The notes beneath the pieces were generated by a model that did no database searches, had not been told where the DNA came from, and saw nothing but the letters and a program-made list of their open reading frames with translations. Positions 28,782 to 38,721 of a DNA stretch of 64,000 bases are shown here, piece by piece. The stretch spans positions 67,521-131,520 of IMG/VR virus record IMGVR_UViG_3300035517_000267; one strand, given 5' to 3'. Made by a program: the position numbers and the translations under genes. Origin of the DNA: a virus (taxonomy: Duplodnaviria; Heunggongvirae; Uroviricota; Caudoviricetes). Within the stretch, counting starts at the first letter, position 1. Each line of letters opens with the position of its first letter.

Positions 28782-29533
28782 TTGCAAAACTTATCTTTAA
28801 AGCGCTGAAGAACAGTCATCATTTCTCCCCTTGTTAAAAACTTTTTGGGAGAAAGACGCCCATTCTCGTCTCCTTGTACTAAACCATTCTGCTGCGCCCA
28901 TTCCATCGCAGAAAGTTCCCAGGTGGAATCTTTTTTAGCTTGTTGTGCAAGATAAGTTTCAAGCATTTGATTAAAAGTTTCTTGCGTCATTTCTTCGTCA
29001 CCCTCTCCATTTAAACGCTTATTAACTTCCGCGGCAATTTGCCCATGGCGATTATAAAGCCAATCTCCAGGACAAGCTTTTTGCGCAAACCATCTATGAA
29101 CAGTCATGTTCTGTTTATCAACTTGTCCAATTAAACTCTTATCTCCTTGCCAAAGTAATTTTTTAATTCCATTACGTTGACAAATATCTACCAATAAATT
29201 AATCAAGCTGGCATAAGCCTCGTCTGATACTGGCCAAGGATCAGCTGCTATGCTATTAGCAACTTCAATGGTAATAGCCCTATTATCGTTGCTAGAACTA
29301 CTAGTACACCAACTTCTATTGGCTTCATCTACATATAAGGCTATTCTGCCATCGCTACCTATCCCATAATTGCTGCTTGCTTTATTTGAACTGTTGGCGA
29401 AAATAGCTCCACAACTTTCAACGGTTAGATTTCCTGCCATACAATGAATAGAAATTGTGTCAATTGTATGAGTACGCTTGCCGCTATTATTCGGAGATAA
29501 TTTGGTATAAGATACCAAAGAACTATTGCTCAA
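28778..29533 (-). CDS. endolysin: N-acetylmuramoyl-L-alanine amidase (Amidase_2/PGRP) with a C-terminal SLH-like cell-wall-binding domain
   Basis: N-terminal ISIHCMAG...GIGSDGRI amidase_2 pattern; C-terminal WELSAMEWAQQNGLVQGDENGRLSPKKFLTRGEMMTVL is SLH-like. Confidence 0.7.
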   Translation of the reverse strand: MSNSSLVSYTKLSPNNSGKRTHTIDTISIHCMAGNLTVESCGAIFANSSNKASSNYGIGSDGRIALYVDEANRSWCTSSSSNDNRAITIEVANSIAADPWPVSDEAYASLINLLVDICQRNGIKKLLWQGDKSLIGQVDKQNMTVHRWFAQKACPGDWLYNRHGQIAAEVNKRLNGEGDEEMTQETFNQMLETYLAQQAKKDSTWELSAMEWAQQNGLVQGDENGRLSPKKFLTRGEMMTVLQRFKDKFCK

Positions 29534-29539
29534 TTTTCC

Positions 29540-30799
29540 TCACCCTCTCATTAGTTCGGCACGCTCGGCAATCCTAGATCTATGACATTGCTTAAGCGTT
29601 ACTTCACCATAATAGCTTTGACCTCTAAATACTTTAGAAGCCTTAATTAATCCATTATTATTGTTTTTATAAACATCTAGATCAACTTGAGTGCGGTCAT
29701 CGCCTTCTATGATACAAATACAATTCTCTCCAATTCGTTGAAGAATAAGTTGCATTGTATCAATTGTAGTATTCTGAGCTTCCGTTACATAAACGCCAGC
29801 TCTAACATTTATATCCATTCCTCTACAATCAGAGACGGGAATCAGTTCAATTTTTCCTTCGTTAATTAATCTTTCAATAGCTTCAATTCCACCAAACTTT
29901 CCTACGAGGAAATTGCCAATTTGTGAATCAAGCAGTTTCGTATTTTTATCACCCGGATAAAATCCGAGCTTAACTGAGTCTCTAGTTGCTACAGGGTTGC
30001 AAAAAATTATAATTTTATCAATACGATTTTTCTCAAGTTGTTGAACGAGATAAGCCATGGCTATATATGACTTTCCACTTCCAGCTTTTCCACGAATAAT
30101 TGTGAATTGGTTATTAGATAAGCTATCAAACAAAAGCTTCTGATAAGGGTCATTCTTATAAGGCTTAACCTTCCCAAACCAGTTTGAATTAAAGTCCTCA
30201 TAATCAAGGTAATCATGACTACTACCTGACCATTTCCGCAAATCCAATATTTCACCATCAATACTTCGCAATATTAAATACTCACCTATCAAGAGGTTAA
30301 AGTGATTATAATTTATATCTTGGTAAAATTTGGTAAGAACCTCATCATTTGCATATATCTCTTTATAACCTGTATATTCATCATTATTTTGTGCGGCTTC
30401 TTCTATCATCCCATCTCCGAAAAACAGCTATGCAATATTCGCTAAAGAAAAATCATTAGTAACAAATATTACTTTATCAGGATGAATAAAATTATTCGCA
30501 TAAATGGCATCGCTTAATATCCTTGTATCATCTGTTATCGTGAGAAACTTTTCTCGAATGGTATTTTCCATATTTTCAGTATGAATTATTAAATCATACA
30601 ATTCTATATTTTCTCTAAGCCATTTAAGAATTTGTCTGGCTAAATATTTAGTATCAGAATCTTTTGTAGAAGAAACCTTTATTCTTTCCAATTCATTAAG
30701 CGTAATAGAAGAAATCATTATTTTTTCTTCTGGCATTTGTTCTCCCAAGGCTAAAAGAGCACTTGTGTCATAGAAACGAATGTCATGTTCCATAGTCAT
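29540..30799 (-). CDS. phoH: PIN-PhoH fusion ATPase (YlaK-like) with an in-frame TAG at the domain junction
   Basis: The PIN ORF (30428-30799) ends at TAG 30428-30430 and the PhoH ORF (GKAGSGKS) follows in the same frame six codons later. PIN-PhoH is a known single-polypeptide architecture. Confidence 0.7.
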
Positions 30800-31065
30800 C
30801 TTCCTCGTCCTCTATTATTCTAGTGTTAAAACCTATTACTCGCGTTTCCTCGGTCGAAGATTCTTCGGATAGTTCCTAAATTTCAACTCCATATCGCATT
30901 ATAGTAACGCTCATACGAGTTTTAATAAGTTCAACAAATGTACTAAAGATTTCAACAACACCTTCAATAAAAGTTAATCCGAAAGTGCCTATTAAAAATC
31001 CAAGAAGTAAATAATACAATAAAAATCACCTTCTCTAACTATTATTGAAAATGATTAACTAATAA

Positions 31066-31527
31066 TTAACTATTGTTGTCCTTTTCTCTAAATCTTTTAA
31101 CAGATTCAATGGCTTTTGTATGTCCATCAAGATAATTGCGGAGGCTCGCCTTCTCGCTCTTTATAGCAGACCTAAGGCTTCTAATATGAGACTCTGCTCT
31201 ATCTATATTCTGTTTAAATGCTCCAGTAGGATCAACTTCTGCGGGAATTTTAGCACCATATCCAAGAACTTCATCGTAATATCTTATTTTATTTTCATAT
31301 TTCTCTCTTGCCTTTTTAAGTTCATCCTCAAGAATACTAATTCTTGCTCTAGAAAGCGCTATGGTAAAACCAACTTTCTCAGAAAAGAAATTAGAATCTT
31401 CATCATGAATACAAGACATTCCAGAATAAACAAGACCATTATGTTTAATATAGACAATTACACAACCAACTTTTTCACTTACATCAACTTCAAAAGGTGT
31501 ATTATAAATAGATTTAATCAAATTCAT
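31066..31527 (-). CDS. hypothetical protein
   Basis: 153-aa ORF, no recognisable motif. Confidence 0.4.
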   Translation of the reverse strand: MNLIKSIYNTPFEVDVSEKVGCVIVYIKHNGLVYSGMSCIHDEDSNFFSEKVGFTIALSRARISILEDELKKAREKYENKIRYYDEVLGYGAKIPAEVDPTGAFKQNIDRAESHIRSLRSAIKSEKASLRNYLDGHTKAIESVKRFREKDNNS

Positions 31528-31626
31528 ATTTTTATTCTCCCTTATTTCTTATAATTTAATTATACTTAAAAATTTTTATTATGTCAATATTAGAAATGCC
31601 CTAGGCTTTTGACCTAGGGCTTCTAT

Positions 31627-32556
31627 TCAACTTCCCAAATCGGGAGTAACCATGAGATTTGTACCATCGCTAACAATGGTAGGAAGTACCCCATCCCACT
31701 TATCAAGCCACTGCTGTGCGATCCAAGTATCAGGCATATTTTCAAGAGCCTGCTGAGTAATTTCAAGAGCTTCCGCTTCGCCCTTAGCTTTTTCAATTGC
31801 AGCCTCTGCCTCGATTGAGGCAACTTCCTTCTCCTGCTCAGCCTGGATTATTGCAGTCTTCTTTTCCTGCTCTGCACGAAGAGCATCCTGTTCTGCGACC
31901 ATCTTAGCTTCAACGCTTGCCTCAAATGCGTCAGAAAAATCAATATCCTGAACTATAACAGATGTAAAGTTAATGTGATACAGATCTTCCAGAGTCTCAA
32001 CCTCATCTGCTACTTCTGCAGACAGACTAGAGCGATTTTCAAGAAGCGTCATGGCGCTATATCTTGCAAATACAATCTTTGCCTTTTCCTGAACGACATT
32101 GGAAAGCTTAGTTTCAAGAATCTCATAAGAACCATATTCTTTAGCAATATCAAGAACATAGTCAGGGTTAATAGCGTACTGGTATTCGATTGCGGCAGTC
32201 ACAGGCTGAGCGTCCATAGTATAAGATGCGAAACTCTCAGAATTAATATGAACTCTCAGGTCATAAGTAGTTACTGTATCGGAAATGGGATTAACAACAT
32301 TAAGACCAGAAGTTATCTCTTTATTAATGTTACCAAAAGTTCTAACAACTCCAATTTCAGTAGAATCAATAATCTGTATTCCACTTGCTATAAAAACAAT
32401 TACAGTTATAAGAATAATGGCGATAATAGCTATCAGCCTAACTGTTCTTACGCCTTTGGTGTTTAAAGCTTCTTTCTCAAGGTATCTAATAACGGAGCCA
32501 AAACCAATAATAATTCCAATAAGAAATATTGCCATGATAACCAAAAATATAATCAT
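31627..32556 (-). CDS. SPFH/band-7 (prohibitin/HflK-like) membrane protein
   Basis: N-terminal transmembrane helix, then an SPFH domain and a C-terminal coiled coil. Confidence 0.65.
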   Translation of the reverse strand: MIIFLVIMAIFLIGIIIGFGSVIRYLEKEALNTKGVRTVRLIAIIAIILITVIVFIASGIQIIDSTEIGVVRTFGNINKEITSGLNVVNPISDTVTTYDLRVHINSESFASYTMDAQPVTAAIEYQYAINPDYVLDIAKEYGSYEILETKLSNVVQEKAKIVFARYSAMTLLENRSSLSAEVADEVETLEDLYHINFTSVIVQDIDFSDAFEASVEAKMVAEQDALRAEQEKKTAIIQAEQEKEVASIEAEAAIEKAKGEAEALEITQQALENMPDTWIAQQWLDKWDGVLPTIVSDGTNLMVTPDLGS

Positions 32557-33116
32557 TTAATATACTCCTTTATATCTTCTATAATTTTTTCTATATGAAC
32601 AGGATAGCAATTATGACTATCCGTTTCAACGTGATAAGATAGAATATTCTGTTTAATTAGTTCGTATTTATCTTTTGTGTGCGAATGCCCGCATATATTT
32701 ATAACCTTAGCTTTTAGTGGTTTAAGTTCATCATAATTAGAAGTAATGGTAGGGAAATGAGAAAGATAAAGATGATACTTTTTATAGACTAGCATAGTAG
32801 ACCACCCAAGAATTTCTTCTACATTATTACAGCTTTCATACATGGCTAGTCGTTGCGAGGTATCATGGTTTCCGCAAATTATATGGAGTTTTCCATTCAT
32901 AGATTCAATTAGTTCTTTATTTGCGGCAAGTGCCTCTTCATTCCCTCCACCAAGACACAAATCTCCTAATACATACACATCATCTTCTGGAAGAACTAGA
33001 GAATTATGTCTTGTAATAATTGCTTCATTCATTTGTTGTATATTATCAAAACCTCGGGATTCCCAGATAAAAGGGCGATCGTGACTAAAATGCCAATCAG
33101 AGGTGAGCCATACCAT
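32553..33116 (-). CDS. calcineurin-like metallophosphoesterase (end-healing phosphatase candidate)
   Basis: SDWHFSH, LGDLC, GNHD and CGHSH metal-binding motifs. Confidence 0.7.
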   Translation of the reverse strand: MVWLTSDWHFSHDRPFIWESRGFDNIQQMNEAIITRHNSLVLPEDDVYVLGDLCLGGGNEEALAANKELIESMNGKLHIICGNHDTSQRLAMYESCNNVEEILGWSTMLVYKKYHLYLSHFPTITSNYDELKPLKAKVINICGHSHTKDKYELIKQNILSYHVETDSHNCYPVHIEKIIEDIKEYIK

Positions 33117-33118
33117 GC

Positions 33119-33604
33119 TTATTCACTTCCTTTTACTTCAATAATTTTATTATATTTATATTTTTCATATTTAGATGCAGGACAAAAATTTTGTTTCATT
33201 TTATACATTATTTTATCGGGTACTTTTTCTCGTCCTTTTCTTTTAGCATTACGCTCAAAACAAATGTTAAAGGGAGTTAAGAAATTAACTGCATATATCT
33301 CAACATCTTTAAGATTCAATTTATCAAGAACTTTATTGCGACTGTATTCATTAATATGAGTAGCATCAATATAAGTATTCTCATTGGTAATAATAGATTT
33401 ATTAATCTGACGAATGAACTCTTTAAAAACAGCATCTTCTTTAGAAAAATATTCTTCATCTTCATTTACCATGCTGAATCGAACAGCATCGCGAGAAACA
33501 CAATAGCCATTTTGTTTAGCTACCCAGCTGCTTTTACCCGATGCCGGAATCCCGCACAAAAGCCAAATCTTTTTCTGCTTCATCTTTATATACTCCGTCC
33601 GCAA
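33119..33604 (-). CDS. P-loop polynucleotide kinase-like protein
   Basis: LLCGIPASGKSSW Walker A; size and motifs resemble the kinase domains of bacterial Pnkp and T4 Pnk. Confidence 0.55.
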   Translation of the reverse strand: MRTEYIKMKQKKIWLLCGIPASGKSSWVAKQNGYCVSRDAVRFSMVNEDEEYFSKEDAVFKEFIRQINKSIITNENTYIDATHINEYSRNKVLDKLNLKDVEIYAVNFLTPFNICFERNAKRKGREKVPDKIMYKMKQNFCPASKYEKYKYNKIIEVKGSE

Positions 33605-33815
33605 AATCTTTCTGAAATTCTTCTACTTCTTCAGGTGTTATACATTCAATATGGTTAATTACTTGTTTGCAAGATGGACAGTAAAGTCTTTTTCGATGAA
33701 ACTTTTCGTGCAGGTGTCCAGGACTTCGCAGCACAGGGATTCCTTGATTACCACAATAAATACAATAAAAATTATGTTTTATATAATAATTATTTTTGCT
33801 GTGACGTCGTCTCAC
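33534..33815 (-). CDS. hypothetical zinc-finger protein
   Basis: Cys/His-rich; overlaps the 3' end of the upstream gene in another frame. Confidence 0.3.
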   Translation of the reverse strand: MRRRHSKNNYYIKHNFYCIYCGNQGIPVLRSPGHLHEKFHRKRLYCPSCKQVINHIECITPEEVEEFQKDFADGVYKDEAEKDLAFVRDSGIG

Positions 33816-33896
33816 TGTTCTTCTTCCTTTATTAACTTCTTCTCTTGACGGAAAAATTTTTATGAATTAAAATATTAATATAAATTAAATTTCTTC

Positions 33897-34214
33897 CTAA
33901 ACTCCTATATATTCAACAATAAACCAATTCATTATGTCCCAAAGACGATAACCATTCCAGTGGCACCATCCGTTGGTGCTATCAAGCTGTTCAAAATATC
34001 TTCCAGTTTTACGATCTTCAAAACGTAGCCACACATAATATTCCATTCCAGAGCCATCTTCATAATAAGCAGCTTGTGGACAATTTACTTGATGAATATA
34101 AAAACGCCCTTTCCACAAATTATCATTCTCAATGTTTTTATTAATTTTCTTAACATAAGAATTTATTTTGCGCTGATGTTTTTTTCTATTCCTTGAATAA
34201 ACCCAATTATCCAT
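33897..34214 (-). CDS. hypothetical protein
   Basis: 105-aa ORF, no recognisable motif. Confidence 0.4.
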   Translation of the reverse strand: MDNWVYSRNRKKHQRKINSYVKKINKNIENDNLWKGRFYIHQVNCPQAAYYEDGSGMEYYVWLRFEDRKTGRYFEQLDSTNGWCHWNGYRLWDIMNWFIVEYIGV

Positions 34215-34240
34215 GACTCATATCTCCTTTTCTTTATCTT

Positions 34241-34281
34241 TTATATATACATTATATCATATTTTAAGAAAAAAGTAAAAA
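34241..34281 (-). promoter_or_regulatory. conserved promoter copy
   Basis: Plus strand tatatatacattatatcatattttaagaaaaaagtaaaaag. Confidence 0.6.
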
Positions 34282-34300
34282 GGGTGGTAAAAACCACCCT
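34282..34300 (-). terminator. rho-independent terminator
   Basis: gggtggtaaaaaccaccc hairpin with a T-run. Confidence 0.6.
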
Positions 34301-34302
34301 TC

Positions 34303-35193
34303 TTATTCTTCAACATACCTTATATAGCAATCATAGCCTAAATTTGCAAGGTCTTCGGCAACTTTTTGCGCGTTCTCTTTTACTGAGAAAAATCCAACTT
34401 GAACCCTATAGCCCTTCTTCTCGTCATCATATGTAATGAAAGCAGATTCATACGAAAATCCATTAATACCAGATTTAAGACTTTTAATAACTGCAAGATA
34501 GCGCTGAGCATTTTCTTTTTTAGAAAAAAATCCAAGTTGACAGCGATAACCAATTTTTAGCTTTTTTGTCCAAACGGCACAAACAGTATCTACAGATCTT
34601 TCCCATCCGGCATCTGTTATTCTAATACTATCAACATAGGCTGCGACACTTCCGCCGCCATCCATGTTAAGAGCATATTGACAATCAGGAAACTGCTCCA
34701 AAATAACAGTTTGCACAGTTGAGAAAGAAGCTCCGTTACCTTCAATAGTAATGTTAAAAAGAGTATCAGCAGTCCAACCCCAAATATTACGATGTGCGGC
34801 GCCGCTTATTTCACTAGCAGTTTTAATAATGCACTTATTTCCATCTGCTATAAGAGTGGGATAAGAAGAAATATAATGTTTCCAAGCATGATCTGTTGCA
34901 GACCCATAAGCTATTTCTCCATCTGTTGTAATACCCCAACCATCTATATTAGTTGCATCGGAGCTATAGACAACTCCATTAGAAATAACATTAAAAATAC
35001 TATCTCCACTAGATGTGTTGAAGAAGCCTAAGTTTGTAAGAACATTAGGCTTAGTCTCATAAGTGTCCAGCATTTTATTAGGCGCAAGCTTCGGCTGAGT
35101 ACATATATCAAATGAGATATTAGTAATTTCCTTTTTGGGTATTTTAATTACCTGTATTTTCATTCCATTCTGAGTAAAAGATTCATAATTCAT
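34303..35193 (-). CDS. phosphodiester-glycosidase (NAGPA)-like domain protein with two C-terminal SPOR peptidoglycan-binding repeats
   Basis: ALNMDGGGS motif; two repeats of (C/R)QLGFFSKKENAQR... / RVQVGFFSVKENAQK... typical of SPOR domains. Confidence 0.55.
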   Translation of the reverse strand: MNYESFTQNGMKIQVIKIPKKEITNISFDICTQPKLAPNKMLDTYETKPNVLTNLGFFNTSSGDSIFNVISNGVVYSSDATNIDGWGITTDGEIAYGSATDHAWKHYISSYPTLIADGNKCIIKTASEISGAAHRNIWGWTADTLFNITIEGNGASFSTVQTVILEQFPDCQYALNMDGGGSVAAYVDSIRITDAGWERSVDTVCAVWTKKLKIGYRCQLGFFSKKENAQRYLAVIKSLKSGINGFSYESAFITYDDEKKGYRVQVGFFSVKENAQKVAEDLANLGYDCYIRYVEE

Positions 35194-36266
35194 GTGTTAA
35201 ATTCTCCTTCTTTCAAATGTAAAGTTTTTATAAAAGATGCTGTAGTCATTTTTTCAAAGTAGTCGTCTGCATGATCAAAAACATATAGCAAATAATGTGC
35301 TACTTCAGGAGGATAATAAGAGAGAACCTTAATTGCATAATCTTTTTTATTAAGGCAATAAGAACCCATTTCTACCTCTGCCCGCATACAAGCTCTTACA
35401 AGACGAGAGAGCCTATCTTTTATCATATCTATTTTTTCTTGATATTCAGGAGCATAAGTCAAGAATTCGTCCTCTTCACCTTGCCGCACTATTTCAACAA
35501 GAGTAGACAATGAAACAGCTCCGTTGGCTCTTGAATAATGCGCCTTTACATACGCAACAGATTTTACTTTTATACGATTGGTGCCATCGGACACCACAAA
35601 TCCTTCTTTTGTCCAAGGGAAAGTTGAAGCTTTATCTACAATTTCTTTAAGATTAGCAAAGCTGTAACTAGCTGGAGCTTCTATAGGAAGAGGATAATTG
35701 ACATACATTCCATTTTCCTTATTTCGTGCAGCTAAATAATAAATTTTTGTTTCGTCATAAGGAATCACTACACGATTATAGGGTGACACAAGCTCAAACA
35801 TATAGGTATATTTACAATCCAGCATTTGATAAAATTCATTCTTAGAAAAACCAAGGGCTTCCATAAAAAGGTCATAAAAAGTTTTATCAAAATTTCCTAC
35901 TTCTGCTTTTCTTGCATCAATAGTGCCATTGGTTGATATATGCCAACCGTCATGGTACCATACTTTTATCAAGCTTCCATCTATCTTCTCGGTAATCTCT
36001 ACATTATTCCAATTAACAGCTGCGGCATAAGGTTCTCCATAGTTGAAAAATTTATCAAAAGGACGACAAACTATATCCCAAGTGGGTTCATAAAATATAA
36101 TTCCTCGTGCTTCTCTAACGAGCGAATAGGCAAAATCAGAATCAGGCTGAGAATATTTAAAGAGTATATAATTATTATATCTACTAATTTTTAGATTATA
36201 AGGTGCATGAGTAAGCTCTTCTTCCCAATTTTCATGCGAAAGAATATAATTTTTCAATTCACTCAT
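35190..36266 (-). CDS. RNA ligase (Rnl-family nucleotidyltransferase)
   Basis: KxDG motif ITEKIDGSLIKVWY; the N-terminal region resembles T4 Rnl-type ligases. Confidence 0.6.
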   Translation of the reverse strand: MSELKNYILSHENWEEELTHAPYNLKISRYNNYILFKYSQPDSDFAYSLVREARGIIFYEPTWDIVCRPFDKFFNYGEPYAAAVNWNNVEITEKIDGSLIKVWYHDGWHISTNGTIDARKAEVGNFDKTFYDLFMEALGFSKNEFYQMLDCKYTYMFELVSPYNRVVIPYDETKIYYLAARNKENGMYVNYPLPIEAPASYSFANLKEIVDKASTFPWTKEGFVVSDGTNRIKVKSVAYVKAHYSRANGAVSLSTLVEIVRQGEEDEFLTYAPEYQEKIDMIKDRLSRLVRACMRAEVEMGSYCLNKKDYAIKVLSYYPPEVAHYLLYVFDHADDYFEKMTTASFIKTLHLKEGEFNT

Positions 36267-36723
36267 TTCTCTTTATACCTCCTAGTACACAAAAATATTC
36301 ACTACAAGTCTGGAATTCTTGGCGCATACAGCCACCATTATAACATTTACAATCAACCTTACAGGTTTTTTCTATTCTTTCTGGATTGCGGACGGTCGTC
36401 ATAGTGCGCATATTACCTTGTTCAACAACCTTCTGAATCATTTTAGGAAGATTTATGGGGCTTGTTTCAAAGCTGCAAGTAGACACGTTTCCGCACATAT
36501 TACAAGTTCCCATCATGGAAAAACATTCTGCGCAAATCAGCTTATTAGATTCCTCTAAAATGGGACTAGACATTACATTGCCGCAAATCTCACAGGTAAA
36601 CATTTCTTTTTGATAATGAGAGCAATAATCTCTATAAGGGTCAACTTTATTATTAAAATAATGACAAACTTTCCGATAAATATCAAGAAATCCACAGCTC
36701 TTACATTTGTTAATCATATTCAC
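36259..36723 (-). CDS. Cys-rich hypothetical protein
   Basis: Multiple CxxC pairs. Confidence 0.4.
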   Translation of the reverse strand: MNMINKCKSCGFLDIYRKVCHYFNNKVDPYRDYCSHYQKEMFTCEICGNVMSSPILEESNKLICAECFSMMGTCNMCGNVSTCSFETSPINLPKMIQKVVEQGNMRTMTTVRNPERIEKTCKVDCKCYNGGCMRQEFQTCSEYFCVLGGIKRNE

Positions 36724-36779
36724 TCTCCTTTTATTTATTATACCATAAAATATGATAAAAAGAAAATAGAAGAAAGCTT

Positions 36780-37130
36780 TTAGCCTTCTTCTATCTTGCT
36801 TACGAGATACAAATCAGTTTCTTCATAGTAGTCTAAAATTTCATAATATTTTCCAAGCTCTTCCGGAGAAGTATCTTCATCTAGTTTTACCAAATACAGC
36901 TCATAAATATGGTTATAACTTTTGAAATAACAAAAAGTTGTAATTAACCAACAAATGGAACTAGTAATTGTAAGTATCATAGAACCACCAAAACAACACA
37001 ATATAATTTGCGCAATCTCAAGCATAGTTATAATTGTATAAAGCATTTTGCTAAGGGGAGATGGTTGATGTATCATCCATGAAAGAGTTTTTATTATAGT
37101 CATTGTTATTCCTCTCTTACTATTAACCAA
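36780..37130 (-). CDS. membrane protein
   Basis: Two hydrophobic helices. Confidence 0.4.
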   Translation of the reverse strand: MVNSKRGITMTIIKTLSWMIHQPSPLSKMLYTIITMLEIAQIILCCFGGSMILTITSSICWLITTFCYFKSYNHIYELYLVKLDEDTSPEELGKYYEILDYYEETDLYLVSKIEEG

Positions 37131-37303
37131 TCTGAATGACTAGGCATTTCCCATATTGTAATATCATTCTCTATTATACCATTTGTAAAGCAAACAGCTT
37201 TAGGATGCTCGTATAGATAATCAACTATAAGACAATCAAAAGGTTCTATTTCCGCAATAAAATATTCTTCTCCGAACTTGTTACGATGATATAGTTTTTT
37301 CAT
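37106..37303 (-). CDS. hypothetical protein
   Basis: 65-aa ORF, no recognisable motif. Confidence 0.3.
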   Translation of the reverse strand: MKKLYHRNKFGEEYFIAEIEPFDCLIVDYLYEHPKAVCFTNGIIENDITIWEMPSHSDWLIVREE

Positions 37304-37619
37304 TAACTACCTTCATTTCTTCTACATATCTATCAGGTATAGGGTGTGCGGTAACTAGACTTTTCTTTTTGCCTCGCCATATATAAATATTTCCTCTATA
37401 TATTCTAATAGAGCAGTCATTTGTTTGATCTCTTTTATTTCTTAGATAAGAAGAAAATTTAGGGTAGCTTTGAAAATCTTTTATAGTTTTACCAGAAGCA
37501 AGAGCTTGTTTAGCCATTTTTTTTGCTTCTGCATAATTGTGTACTTCAGTATCACGCTCTATAATTCTTTGTTTACTATGTTTTGTAACCCTACTCAATT
37601 CAATTCTCTCCTTTCTCAT
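37281..37619 (-). CDS. hypothetical protein
   Basis: 112-aa ORF, no recognisable motif. Confidence 0.35.
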   Translation of the reverse strand: MRKERIELSRVTKHSKQRIIERDTEVHNYAEAKKMAKQALASGKTIKDFQSYPKFSSYLRNKRDQTNDCSIRIYRGNIYIWRGKKKSLVTAHPIPDRYVEEMKVVNEKTISS

Positions 37620-38196
37620 TAAAAAGTTCCGGCATTATGCGAGGTATATACGTCCTTGCTCTCATTTGATTGTTATATTTTTCCAAACAAGAAGCATATT
37701 TATCTGTTGTTTCTGAAATCATAGTAAGGTAAAAATGTGCATCTTTGACTTTACGACGTTTTATTCTAATATCCTTTAATTTCTTTATAAGTCTTAGTCC
37801 TGCTAGTCCAGTGATATTACCAAACTCAATTCTATGAAGCAAATCTTGTTGTGCTCCATCAAGCTGGCTACAAGTAACTTCATAAACTTTAAGAAGCTCT
37901 TTTATTTTTGGTAGCTCTGCACCTAGAACATTTCCAGCATCATAAATTTTATTAAAAATTTCTTCTGCTTGTTCATAAGTTTCAATTCCATAAGTCAACT
38001 CTGAATCTTCATATGCTTCAATTGTAACTGAAGCATTTTGATTTTTAAGCCACGCCCCATAGCTATTTTTGATGCTTTTCTCGGCGGCTTCAAGAGTTGC
38101 AAAATTTTCTGCTTCGTAAAGTTTCTCTACCCATCTAAGTCCATTTTTGCTTCGTAGATAAACCTTTTCTTTCTCATTGTATATCACATATCTCAA
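37600..38196 (-). CDS. hypothetical protein
   Basis: 198-aa ORF, no recognisable motif. Confidence 0.4.
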   Translation of the reverse strand: MRYVIYNEKEKVYLRSKNGLRWVEKLYEAENFATLEAAEKSIKNSYGAWLKNQNASVTIEAYEDSELTYGIETYEQAEEIFNKIYDAGNVLGAELPKIKELLKVYEVTCSQLDGAQQDLLHRIEFGNITGLAGLRLIKKLKDIRIKRRKVKDAHFYLTMISETTDKYASCLEKYNNQMRARTYIPRIMPELFNEKGEN

Positions 38197-38217
38197 ACTA
38201 GCACAACCCTTCTTTTT

Positions 38218-38262
38218 ATTTTCTATATATATTATACCATATTTTTATAAAAAATAAAAAAG
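38218..38262 (-). promoter_or_regulatory. conserved promoter copy
   Basis: Plus strand tttctatatatattataccatatttttataaaaaataaaaaag. Confidence 0.6.
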
Positions 38263-38296
38263 AAAGGAAGCTAGAATGTTAGCTTCCCTTTATTTT

Positions 38297-38389
38297 TGGC
38301 GGAGAAGAAGAGATTTGAACTCCTGCGCCGATATTTCACGACCTATCGGTTTAGCAAACCGACCCCTTCAACCACTTGGGTACTTCTCC
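38297..38389 (-). tRNA. tRNA-Ser (anticodon GCU), type II with long variable arm
   Basis: Minus-strand sequence GGAGAAGTACCCAAGTGGTTGAAGGGGTCGGTTTGCTAAACCGA...AGGAGTTCAAATCTCTTCTTCTCCGCCA. Acceptor, D arm, anticodon loop TTGCTAA, long variable arm, T loop and an encoded CCA are all in place. Confidence 0.8.
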
Positions 38390-38504
38390 AAAGGTATATG
38401 AAAACTAAGAGATAGAAAAACGAACGATATTAAATCGCCTAGAGTAAAAGACTTCTCTTAGGTAAATAGTCTTTTGTTCTATTATGGAAAAGGTAGTGCT
38501 TCAA

Positions 38505-38600
38505 ACATCCCCAGGCAAGAGATTTGAACTTTTACGCTAAACGCGTCTATCAATCAGCTTATAACCGTTCTGATACCGGAAGAGTCCCTAATTTCTATGG
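38505..38600 (-). ncRNA. tRNA-like remnant sharing the T-arm and acceptor 3' half with tRNA-Ser; no complete cloverleaf
   Basis: AAAAGTTCAAATCTCTTGCCTGGGG matches the tRNA-Ser T arm, but no complementary 5' acceptor strand or canonical anticodon arm was found. Confidence 0.25.
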
Positions 38601-38677
38601 CGCTCCCCTCTCACGAGCGCATATAGCTAGATAACAACTGCTATTCCATCGAGTTTTTATGAGTTTTCTTTCTCAAT

Positions 38678-38720
38678 TTCTATATATATTATATCATAAT
38701 TTTATAAAAAAGTAAAAAAG
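38678..38720 (-). promoter_or_regulatory. conserved promoter copy
   Basis: Plus strand tttctatatatattatatcataattttataaaaaagtaaaaaag. Confidence 0.6.
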
Positions 38721-38721
38721 A

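Noticed and set aside
38505-38600. Second tRNA next to tRNA-Ser.
   Set aside because: Only the T arm and acceptor 3' half match (a duplicate of the tRNA-Ser 3' end). No complementary 5' acceptor strand or anticodon arm could be built, so I kept it only as a low-confidence remnant.
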